A stretch of 64,000 nucleotides of DNA from Eledone cirrhosa (taxonomy: Eukaryota): positions 336,846,001 to 336,910,000 of the forward strand of contig OZ024742.1 in the NCBI GenBank assembly GCA_964016885.1. Reading direction: 5' to 3'. The position numbers and the translations under genes were made by a program. The notes beneath the pieces are model-generated. The model was not told the DNA's origin, made no database searches, and was given only the letters and a program-made list of their open reading frames with translations. Of this stretch, positions 1-13,943 are shown one piece after another. Within the stretch, counting starts at the first letter, position 1, and every line of letters starts with the position of its first letter.

Positions 1-930
1 GCAGGTTGTATGATGCCTGCATACGAACAGCAATGTTGCATGGCAGTGAGACCTGGGCATTGTGTGCAGAGGATATACGCAGACTAGAGAGGAACGAAGC
101 TTGCATGCTCCGCTGGATGTGTAATAGTAATATATGCGAACGGCAAAGCATAAACGAACTAAGGAAAAAATTAGAAATAAGAGGGATCAGATGTTGTTTA
201 CTCGAGAGAAGGCTACGTTGGTATGGTCACGTGATGCGCATGAAAGACGACAGCTGTATAACAAAGTGCAGGGCAATAAAGATAGATGGTAGCCACGGAG
301 TAGGCAGACCCAGAAAAACCTGGGACGAGCTGATAAATTCCGACCTCACACACTTACACCTCTCCAAGACAATGTCACTGGACCGAGACCTTTGGCGGTA
401 CTCAGTAACAGAGAAGACCCGCGTTACCTAAATACAAAGTAAAACCTACTACAGTCAGTAGGCATCTCTAACAAAATACACCCCCGTCCCACCACCCCCA
501 CCCCATCCACACCGCCCCTCTCAATGTAAAGTTATGTTGGTGCCACAAAATCCAGGCCGAAACAAATGAGATCGTGTAGGTATCACGAAAAAAAAACACA
601 CAGTCCACGCTGTAATGTGACCGTGTAGGCAACACGGTAAAAACGTCCCAGTCCCACACTGTCAATGTGGTTGGTGTTAGGAAGGGCATCCAGCTGTAGA
701 AAACCTGCCAGACAGTCCACGCTGTAATGTGGCCGTGTAGGCAACACGGTAAAAACCTCCCAGCCCCACACTGTAAATGTGGTTGGTGTTAGGAAGGGCA
801 TCCAACTGTAGAAAACCCGCCAGACAGTCCTATGCGAGCAAGACAACCACTCTTGCCTCAAGTGGGAAAACTCCCGTCCAAACCCATGCAAGCATGGAAC
901 ACGGACGTTAAACGATGATGATGATGATGA
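1..930 (+). mobile_element. RTE-clade non-LTR retrotransposon, 3' part (end of RT ORF to 431, 3' UTR, (GAT)n tail); continues beyond window start
   Basis: Translation ..LYDACIRTAMLHGSETW..RRLRWYGHVMRM..GRPRKTW..DRDLWR has the RTE C-terminal motifs. The 3' UTR ends in the CCATGC-AA-GCATGG hairpin followed by ACGGACGTTAAAC(GAT)n, then (TA)n. Confidence 0.92.
601..830 (+). repeat. 112-bp tandem duplication inside the RTE 3' UTR
   Basis: CAGTCCAC..GGTTGGTGTTAGGAAGGGCATCC.. unit starts at 601 and 713, with a partial third start at 825. Confidence 0.85.
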
Positions 931-979
931 TATATACATATATATATATACATATATACATACATATATATATATATAT

Positions 980-1574
980 GGTGGCTGCCAACTCGTTTTC
1001 GAGTACGGCCACTACTTTATATCCATGTAGGAGAACCCCTACTGATGCGCTGAACGAGTGTGACTTTTTAGTCCAGCCAGCGACTTGAAAGCTCTGGTAC
1101 AAACACTACACTTGTGACAATTATTGACACATAGTGCTGGGCCCATGGTACCATGTGACGACAAATGCAGAGAGATCTCCAGATATAAAGCAATGCCTGT
1201 GCCGTGAAGCTTTTATAGTGAGCAAAGGCACTGCACAAAGCCAGTCCCACTCTCTTGACCAAGATGATATTTACCAAAAAGAAGAACAAGTCAACATCAT
1301 TGGATACCATCAGGGTTGCAGGTGTTATATCAGAGTTTTCCTTCTCCTAGAATTCTGCCTTGACAAAGGCTAAGGGGTCATCTCTCCCGGTGATTTTGGA
1401 TGGCCATTGACTCTTAAGAGCTCCTTTGCCTTTTGACAGGTTTTGTTTTTAGTCCTGCAGGATGTCCAAAGTCACCCTCCTCACCAAGAAACCTTGGTGG
1501 GGTTGCCAGTTTAGTCGCCAACGACCCGACCATGGGACAGGTTGTACTGGAATACATGTTACCAGTAGCACCAA
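980..1574 (-). mobile_element. Non-autonomous bipartite RTE-derived element (RTE 5' UTR fused to RTE 3' end), copy 1, about 24 nt shorter at its 5' end than copy 2
   Basis: About 12 substitutions and no indels versus 8279-8873 (counted by eye). The minus strand has the RTE-5'UTR-like CTAGGAGAAGGAAAACTCTGA, a C2H2 remnant [25 protein letters not shown] (1116-1039) and a terminal stem-loop ACTCG-AAAA-CGAGT. Both sides are (TA)n. Confidence 0.8.
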
Positions 1575-1699
1575 TATATATACATATATACATACATACA
1601 TACATATATATATATACATATATATATATACATATATACATATACATATATACATACATACATACATATATATATACATACATATATACATATATATAC

Positions 1700-1800
<101 letters not shown>

Positions 1801-1822
1801 TATATACATATATATATACATA

Positions 1823-3320
1823 CATCATCATCACCGTTTTACGTCCGTTCTTCCACGCTAGCATGGGTTAGACGGGTTGTCCTGTTGTGGGCAGTGTCTG
1901 GTCGGCTGACCATGCCTTGCTCATACAGGAACTGATCTGGCTTGATTTCTACAGCTGGATGCCCTTCCTAACACCAACCTCATTTACAGTGAGTGCTGGG
2001 TGCTTTTTCGTGGCGCCTACACGTCCACTTTACAGTGTGGGCTGGGTGCTTTTTTGCCGTGGCACCTCCACGACCACCTTGCGGTGGGGGGGGGGGGCAT
2101 ATTGTTTATATGCTTCAGCATGTACCCATGGGAGGTCGGGTACCCTGTATTACTGCGTGACGCCAGAAGTCACGGTCGTGTGTCATTGACTTTGAGAGGT
2201 GTAGTTGGGTAAGGTCGGCTTTTATCACCTCATCCCAAGTCATCTTGGGTCTCCCCACTCCGCGGTTTCCATCAACTTCTAGTGCTCTGCACCTTTTTAT
2301 GCAGCTGTCATCCTTCATACGCATCACATGTCCATACCAGCGTAACCGCCTCTCCTGCACGCAGCATTTGATTCCTCTTATGCTCAGTCTCTCTCTCAAT
2401 TCCTTTATGCTTTGTCGTTCACGTATATTACTGTTACACATCCATCGGAGCATGCAGGCTTCGTTTCTCTCTAATCTACGTAAGTCTTCCACCTTCAGCG
2501 CCCAGGTCTCACTACCATGCAACATCGCTGTTCGGATACACGCATCATACAGTCTGCCTTTCATTCTGAGGGAGAAGCCTTTTGCAGCTAGCAGTGGTAG
2601 TAGTTCCCTAAACTTCTTCCATCCCGTTCTTACCCTAGTTATTGTACTTTCTGAGCACCCACCTCCGTTGCTAATTCGGTCACCTAGGTAGCAGAAGCTG
2701 TCTACTGTTTCTACAGGGCCCTCCCAGAGATTGGTGGTACTTGTTTCCTGTGGCTGTTTGCTTGCTGTTTCAGCACAGCTGCTGCATGTGAATCCTACAT
2801 TCTTAATTAAGCTTCCTGAGATCCCGCTACATCTCTTGTGTACCCATTGTTTGCATTTGGGGCAGAGAATGGAGTTCCTACCTACACCTTTCCTACATAC
2901 TGAGCAAGGCCATTTCCCTGAGGGGATCTGGGTTCTGTTTTCTCGTCTACTTACAAGGACCTTAGTCTTTGTCATGTTGACTTTGAGGCCCTTTCTCTCT
3001 AGTCCCTGCTTCCAGGTTTGGAATTTATTCTCTAGTTCTACCATAGATTCAGCTATGAGTGCGAGGTCATCAGCATACAGGAGTTCCCATGGGCATCCGG
3101 TCTTAAACTCCTCCGTTATTGCCTGCAGGACTATGATGAACAGGAGAGGGCTAAGAACAGAGCCCTGGTGGACCCCAACCTGTACGCTAAATTCCTCGCT
3201 ATACTCATTGCCAATCCTAACTTTGCTGACTGCTCCCTATACATGGCTTGTACCGCTTTCACAAGCCATTCATCTACTCCTAGTTTTCTAAGAGCCCACC
3301 AGATTACTGCACGTGGAACT
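1823..3320 (-). mobile_element. 5'-truncated RTE-clade LINE (RT C-terminal half, PHD-type finger, 3' UTR, (GAT)n tail)
   Basis: [15 protein letters not shown], then a 1-nt frameshift near 3236, then [39 protein letters not shown] with stop at 2115. It has the same terminal hairpin and tail type as the copy at 1-930, and TA arrays on both sides. Confidence 0.93.
2115..3236 (-). pseudogene. RTE reverse transcriptase ORF remnant (open frame downstream of the frameshift)
   Basis: The frame is open from 3236 to the stop at 2115 and contains QGSVLSP and YADD. It is 5'-truncated with no APE domain. Confidence 0.85.
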
Positions 3321-4900
<1,580 letters not shown>

Positions 4901-5633
4901 GTAGATAAATCTACCAAGAGTTTACGGTAGTGTCCAATCCGTATGAAGAACTCAATGTATTCCGGATATCATGGAAAGAAGAGATGTAATGAAAAATCAC
5001 TTTCGGTGAAAGATAAACGGTATACAGAGTCAAGATAAAATATTAAACAAATAATGAATAAACAATTCCTTATATTAAACAAAAAAATATGTATGTTTAT
5101 GCATATACGCGCGTGTATGTGTGATTGTACGGATATGTGTTAGTATGAAAATATGTGTATACACTTATTTCATATTTATGTATCTATACGCATCTTATCT
5201 GTGCATTATAAACTTACAGAGACATTAACCTTGAAATTTTGTATTTGCATCCATCCTTTTTGTATGCGTATACAGGTCGTGCATACATTTTTGTAAAGTA
5301 TGTGTAAGGGTTGTTACATGTATATACACACACCGAACTACATTAAACCTTTTGTATTTTCATTGGTCAATTTTGTTCCCAAACGGACCTGAAAGTTTGA
5401 ATTGTTGTTATTATCAATAAATATATTTCATTATTTCTGAAGACGGCGTATATATGTGTTGGTATGTATATTTAATCTTGATAGTTTGTATAATTTTGTA
5501 TAATTTTGTACATAGATCTGTTGAATATGCATGCCAACTCTAACACATATATATCCTAGAAACGATCGTTAAATAATGAACTTTTTTTGTTTAATATAAG
5601 GAATTGTTTATTCATTATTTGTTTAATATTTTT
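4901..5633. mobile_element. Penelope-like element remnant: pLTR with hammerhead plus inverted pLTR end and tail
   Basis: Perfect 51-bp inverted repeat 5037-5087 / 5582-5632, an extra tail 4901-5036 on one arm only, a type I hammerhead at 5427-5580 and TA flanks. This is the same architecture as 13976-17437. Confidence 0.75.
5427..5580 (+). ncRNA. Type I hammerhead ribozyme with very long stem II
   Basis: Stem I TTCATTATTT(5427-36)/AAATAATGAA(5571-80), 10 bp perfect. CTGAAGA 5437-43; GAAA 5559-62; palindromic stem III ACGATCGT; GUU triplet, predicted cut after 5570. Confidence 0.8.
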
Positions 5634-6356
<723 letters not shown>

Positions 6357-7244
6357 TAAATGTCCTCTCAACAACCATTGCCTCGATAAAAACTTAATTT
6401 ATGAATGTAAAATTATAACTAGCACCAATTCCTTCACCTATTTTGGCTCCACTTCCACCTCTTTTAAAGCTTGTCTCTATAATCATCATTCATCTTTCAA
6501 ATACAAACTTAAAAGAACTAACACTGCTCTCTCAGAACTCATATGGTCCTTAAAAGACAAAAACATTAAATATACCATCTTTTGGAAGAAGATTTCTTCT
6601 GCATCCTCATACTTGAACAGCTCTCTATCTAAAATCTGTAATCTCTGCCTAAATGAAAAATTTACCATTATCTCTAACCTAGATTCTATAATAAATAGAC
6701 GCTCAGATTTGTTTTCTATCTGCCTGCATAAATTCCATAGAACTTTTCACAAAGTATACAGTTAATATTCAATTCTTTATCAATTTAGAATCTTTTCTCA
6801 AAGGCACATATACATACACCTCTTTAAAATATACCCATCTACCTTACTTTAAAGGGCATTATACACTCTATAATACTCGTTTACTCATTACCCTCATTCT
6901 ATCTTCTCATAAAATAATAACATTTGTTTTTGACATTTTGAATATTCATCCGCAATCATTATTATTTTTTCTCTCAATTTCATCCTTAATTTATTATTAT
7001 TTTTTTCTCCCCATCAACGAACTCATTATTAATACATATTAACTCTTTATTCGCACATATTATCAATTCAATATACAAACTTTAACTTCACATTATTTTT
7101 CTCAAATCCTTCTACACACAAACCTTAACAATTTTTCTCTTCGCTAATTTTGAAATTGCCACAATACATACATTTCTTCTTTTGACGTTAGAATATTCAC
7201 CCACAATTATTTTTTTTTTTTTTTTTCTCTCTATCTTCATACAT

Positions 7245-7670
7245 AATTTCCCTTCGTTAATTTTCAAATTCCTTTAATTTATACATTATCTTCCAATGGT
7301 TCCCAACCTCTCTATATTAAAACAATATATCTTTTTCTCAGTTATAAAAACTATCTCTTTCTCTCTATCACCCATCTCTCCCTCTCCACCTTCACTCTCA
7401 TCTCCTCCCCCTTTTTTTCATCCTTTCCACCCCACCCCCCATCCCCTCCCTAAATAAAATATTTTTTCCTCGCACATATCCTCCCGTCGTTAATTTTCAA
7501 AATTTTTAATTTATACAGTATCTTCCAACGGTTTTCAACCCCTCTATGTAAAAAATATATCTCCTCTCAGTTATAAAAACTATCTCTTTCTCTCTATCAC
7601 CTATCTCTCCCTCTCATCTCCTTCCCTTTTCATCCTTCCCCCCCCTCTCTAAATAAAATATTTTTCCCAA
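7245..7670 (+). repeat. Diverged ~190-240 bp tandem duplication in the PLE 3' UTR
   Basis: TCGTTAATTTTCAAA..TCTCAGTTATAAAAACTATCTCTTTCTCTCTATCACC..TAAATAAAATATTTTT occurs at about 7255-7470 and 7487-7668. Confidence 0.75.
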
Positions 7671-7760
7671 TATCACACATCAATCTAAAACCACTTTTCA
7701 TATGTTGATTTAAAACTGCACTATCCACAAGTGTTTTTTAGCCTTCATATCATGTTCTCC

Positions 7761-7831
7761 TGTTTTATCTGATGAAAACACAAATATTATTGCTTGATGA
7801 TGTTTGTTTTTGAAATGCGCATAATAAAATA
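7761..7831 (+). ncRNA. Type I (Penelope-type) hammerhead ribozyme
   Basis: Stem I TGTTTTAT/ATAAAATA; CTGATGA 7769-75; stem II ACAAATATTATT/GATGATGTTTGT (12 bp with G-U); GAAA 7812-15; palindrome ATGCGCAT; AUA triplet, predicted cut after 7823. Confidence 0.85.
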
Positions 7832-7866
7832 TATGGAACTCCTTTAACCATCTTTTGATCTTATAT

Positions 7867-7952
<86 letters not shown>

Positions 7953-7967
7953 ATATATATGTATATA

Positions 7968-8006
<39 letters not shown>

Positions 8007-8030
8007 ATATATATGTATATATATACATAC

Positions 8031-8139
<109 letters not shown>

Positions 8140-8157
8140 CATACATATATATATATG

Positions 8158-8204
<47 letters not shown>

Positions 8205-8233
8205 GTATATATATATATACATATATATATATG

Positions 8234-8264
<31 letters not shown>

Positions 8265-8278
8265 GTATATATATATAT

Positions 8279-8898
8279 GGTGGCTGCCAACTCGTTTTCG
8301 AGTACGGCCACTACTTTATATCCATGTAGGAGAACCCCTACCGATGCGCTGAACGAGTGTGACTTTTTAGTCCAGCCAGCGACTTGAAAATTCTGGTACA
8401 AACACTACACTTGTGACAATTATTGACACATAGTGCTGGGCCCATGGTACCATGTGACGACAAGTGCAGAGAGATCTCCAGATATAAAGCAATGCCTGTG
8501 CCGTGAAGCTTTTATAGTGAGCAAAGGCACTGCACAAAGCCAGTCCCACTCTCTTAACCAAGATGATATTTACCAAAAAGAAGAACACTTCAACATCATT
8601 GGATACCATCAGGGTTGCAGGTGTTATATCAGAGTTTTCCTTCTCCTAGAATTCTGCCTTGACAAAGGCTAAGGGGTCATCTCTCCCGGTGATTTTGGAT
8701 GGCCATTGACTCTTAAGAGCTCCTTTGCCCTTTGACAGGTTTTGTTTTTAGTCCTGCAGGATGTCCAAAGTCACCCTCCTCACCAAGAAATCTTGGTGGG
8801 GTTGCCAGTTTAGTCGCCAACGACTCGACCATGAGACAGGTTGTACTGGGATACATGTTACCAGTAGCACCAACTGGTGACCTGACACAACGGTTTTC
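8279..8898 (-). mobile_element. Non-autonomous bipartite RTE-derived element, copy 2 (620 bp)
   Basis: Near-identical to 980-1574 at offset 7299, with the same 3' terminal nucleotide (..GCAGCCACC|ATAT). C2H2 remnant [25 protein letters not shown]; TA flanks. Confidence 0.8.
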
Positions 8899-8935
8899 AT
8901 ATATATATATATGTATATATATACATACATATATG

Positions 8936-9002
<67 letters not shown>

Positions 9003-9079
9003 GTATATATATACATACATATATGTATATATATACATATATATATATATGTATATATATATATATGTATATATATATA

Positions 9080-9336
9080 GTTTTGCGAGGTTTTTTATAT
9101 GAAATCGTGTGTCGAAACAGATATTGTTATATTTGGGGAGGGTCATATTTGCGTAATATTGCCAGAATTAATAACAGAACACACTCACTGTTTGGTTGGT
9201 TTTCGCTTCTCACTGTCTCGCAGATATATATATATAAAAGACAGCGAGAAGCGAAAACCAACCAAACAGTGAGTGTGTTCTGTTATTAATTCTGGCAATA
9301 TTACGCAAATATGACCCTCCCCAAATATAACAATAT
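9080..9336. repeat. Foldback element: 91-bp perfect inverted repeat with one-sided extension, embedded in (TA)n
   Basis: 9121-9211 is the exact reverse complement of 9246-9336. After one mismatch there are 6 more bp (9213-18/9239-44), then a 20-nt loop containing a short TA run. Confidence 0.9.
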
Positions 9337-10261
<925 letters not shown>

Positions 10262-10263
<2 letters not shown>

Positions 10264-12110
10264 ACTTTGAATAACTAACTTTGAAATGTTTTGGCCAGTA
10301 TTGGCCCAGGCCATGTCTAACTTAATAGCACCACCTGGCGAAGTCTTTCAATTCAGGATTTGGGCACCATGGCCCATTCGAGAAGAGAATTACTGTTTGC
10401 GGAGACATATCCGGGTGTGGGTGGTTTGTCCGGGATTACTTGGAGGAATTTGTCCAAAGACTTCTTGAATTTTGTGTGGTCAGTTTCTGTTTTGACGTGT
10501 CCTGGTGTGATGTTGAAGAGAGCAGGGCCGATTGAGGTGAAATAATTGTGCCGTATTGTTGTTATGAGTTGCGATTTAGATTTTTGAATGGGACGGATAG
10601 CACGGGGCCCAAGCCTTGGGTGTATCTTGAAGGCGATGCCAACATCATTTGGGCAGTGATGATGGAACATTTTCCACATCATGCAGATAATATAACGCTC
10701 ACGGCGACGTTGGAGTGAGTAAAGTTTCAGGTTTTCCAATCGACCCCAGTAGTCAAGGTCTGACATGCCATCTATCTTTTTCGTGATTGCCCTTTGAGGA
10801 GCTTCAAGTTTCATGATACTTTGTTTCGTGTGGGGAGACCACAGTGGACAACAGTATTCAAGGTGTGGTCGGGCGAAAGTAGAGAAGAGAAGGATAATGA
10901 TGCGGGAATCTCTCGACTGGAAGGTTCTGAGGATCCAGGAACACATTCTGCGGGCCATGTCAACTTTGCTGCTTATATGCGTGGTCCAGCTTATGTTGCT
11001 GTCCACGGTTACTCCCAAGTCTCTGATGTTGTTAGATGCCACGAGAGTTTCCCCGGAGGGAAGGGAGTACGGGAGTTTCAGAGCATCCTCTTTTCCAAAG
11101 TGGATCAGTTCGAATTTGTCTTCGTTCAGTAACATGTTGTTCTTTTCTGCTCATTGGGTAACAGCCAGTAGGTCTGACTGAAGGCTTATCCGGTCATCCA
11201 CACCATTGATGACCTTTTGGAGCTTGGAATCATCAGCGAAAATTTTAATGTTGCTGTGTTTGATGATGTCAGTGATGTCATTAATATAGATGATGAAGAG
11301 AAGTGGGCCCAACACAGTGCCTTGTGGGACCCCACTACTGACTTTGGCTGGGCTTGATTTGACTCCCTCAACTACAACATGTTGGGTTCTGTTTGACAGG
11401 AAGCTCTTGATCCACTGCAGCAGCTTTCCAGTGACACCAATATTGGACAGCTTTCTCAGTAGAATGTTATGATCAACCCTGTCAAAGGCCTTGCTGAAAT
11501 CAAGGTAGATAACATCAGTGTTGGAACCCTCTCCCAAGGCTCTCAAAATGTCATCAAAGTGATGCAGTAGCTGCGTCAGGCAATCCCTTCCATTACGGAA
11601 TCCATGCTGGTTGGAGTTCAGCATATTGTTACTCTCAAGGAAGTGGGTCATTCGCGATCTCACCACTCGCTCAAATACCTTAATGATATGAGAGGTGAGT
11701 GAGATTGGACGGTAATTCACGGCAAGGGATTTGTTTCCCTTTTTGAAAACTGGGACAACAGACTGGGATAGAAGGTTTTCTGGCACATATCCAGCATCCA
11801 GTGAGTTCCGCCACAGATTGGCAAGAGGAGATGCAAGTTGGTATTGACACGCCTTCAAGACACAAGCAGGGAACCTATCGGGACCTACTGCTGAATTATG
11901 CTTGATTTCCTTTATTGCCGCCAAGACATCAGGGGCGCCAAACGTTATGTCCGATAAGGTGTAATGGGGAGTAACATCGCCGATACAGCCGAGATCGGCC
12001 ATATCAGGATTGCTGAAAACAGAGCAGTATTGTTTCTGCAGTATCTCACCCATGGTTTTAGCATTGTCTTGAAGAGTGCCATTTTCATCAATTAGAGGGC
12101 CAACAGTAGA
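10262..12110 (-). mobile_element. 5'-truncated CR1-group (Daphne-like) LINE, RT domain and 3' end
   Basis: [74 protein letters not shown]. Short 3' UTR ending in two TTCAAAGTTA repeats; TA flanks. The clade call is from motif recall. Confidence 0.88.
10353..12110 (-). pseudogene. LINE ORF2 RT remnant with one in-frame TGA at 11151-11153
   Basis: ORFs 11151-12053 and 10353-11135 are in the same frame. LQSDLLAVTQ*AEKNNM puts the stop at the conserved Trp position (TGG>TGA). Confidence 0.85.
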
Positions 12111-12434
12111 TATATATATATATATAAGTATATATATATACTTATATATATATATATATACATATATATATACTTATATATATACATATATATATATACT
12201 TATATATATACATATACATATATATATACTTATATATATACATATACATATATATATACTTATATATATACATATATATATATACTTATATATATATATA
12301 TACATATATATATACTTATATATATACATATATATACATATATATATATACGTATATATATATATACATATATATATATACGTATATATATATATACATA
12401 TATATATGTATATATATATATATATATATATACT

Positions 12435-12468
<34 letters not shown>

Positions 12469-12534
12469 CTTATATATATATACATATATATATATATATA
12501 CGTATATATATATACATATATATATATATATACG

Positions 12535-12574
<40 letters not shown>

Positions 12575-12576
12575 CT

Positions 12577-12612
<36 letters not shown>

Positions 12613-12623
12613 CATATATATAC

Positions 12624-12658
<35 letters not shown>

Positions 12659-12888
12659 CGTATATATATATATATATACTTATATATATATATATATATA
12701 TACTTATAACAGTAGATATATAAGTATATATATATATATATATATAGTATATATATATACTTATATATATATATATACATATATATATACTTATATGTAT
12801 ACATATATATATACTTATATATATACATATATATACATATATATATACTTATATATATACATATATATACATATATACATATATATAC

Positions 12889-12920
<32 letters not shown>

Positions 12921-13011
12921 GAATAAGACCCGTCCCACCCTTGCAAGCAGGGAAAAGCGGACGTAAAATGATAATGATGATGATAATGATGATGATATAT
13001 ATATATATACG

Positions 13012-13043
<32 letters not shown>

Positions 13044-13198
13044 CTTATATATATATATATACATATATATATATACTTATATATATATATATATACTTAT
13101 ATATATACTTATATATATATATATATATACTTATATATATATACTTATATATATATACACATATACTTATATATATATACACATATACATATATATAC

Positions 13199-13251
<53 letters not shown>

Positions 13252-13684
13252 CATATATATATACATATACATATATATATACATATATATATACATATAT
13301 ATATATACATATACATATATATATACATATATATATATACATATATATATACATATACATATATATATACATATACATATACATATACATATATATATAT
13401 ATACATATACATATATATATACATATACATATACATATACATATATATATATATACATATATATATACATATACATATACATATATATATACATATATAT
13501 ATATATACATATATATATACATATATATATATATATACATATATATATACATATATATATATATATACATATATATATACATATATATATATATATACAT
13601 ATATATACATATATATATACATATATATATACATATATATATATATATACATATATATACATATATATATACATATATATATAC

Positions 13685-13755
<71 letters not shown>

Positions 13756-13816
13756 TATATACATATATACATATATATACATATATATATACATATATAT
13801 AAATATATATATATAC

Positions 13817-13857
<41 letters not shown>

Positions 13858-13907
13858 CTTATATATATATATATATATATACTTATATATATATATATAT
13901 ATATACT

Positions 13908-13943
<36 letters not shown>

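Noticed and set aside
1068-1373. 79-80 aa ORFs conserved in both copies of the bipartite element
   Set aside because: Conservation just reflects ~98% DNA identity; only the short C2H2 frame has a recognisable motif.
8770-8825. Group I intron core (GACUA, R-like element, followed by a P8-like hairpin)
   Set aside because: No downstream UAGUC partner for P7 and no P4-P6 domain.
11151-11153. In-frame TGA as selenocysteine or a recoded Trp
   Set aside because: It sits at a conserved Trp, other Trp codons are TGG and no SECIS was seen; a simple nonsense mutation suffices.
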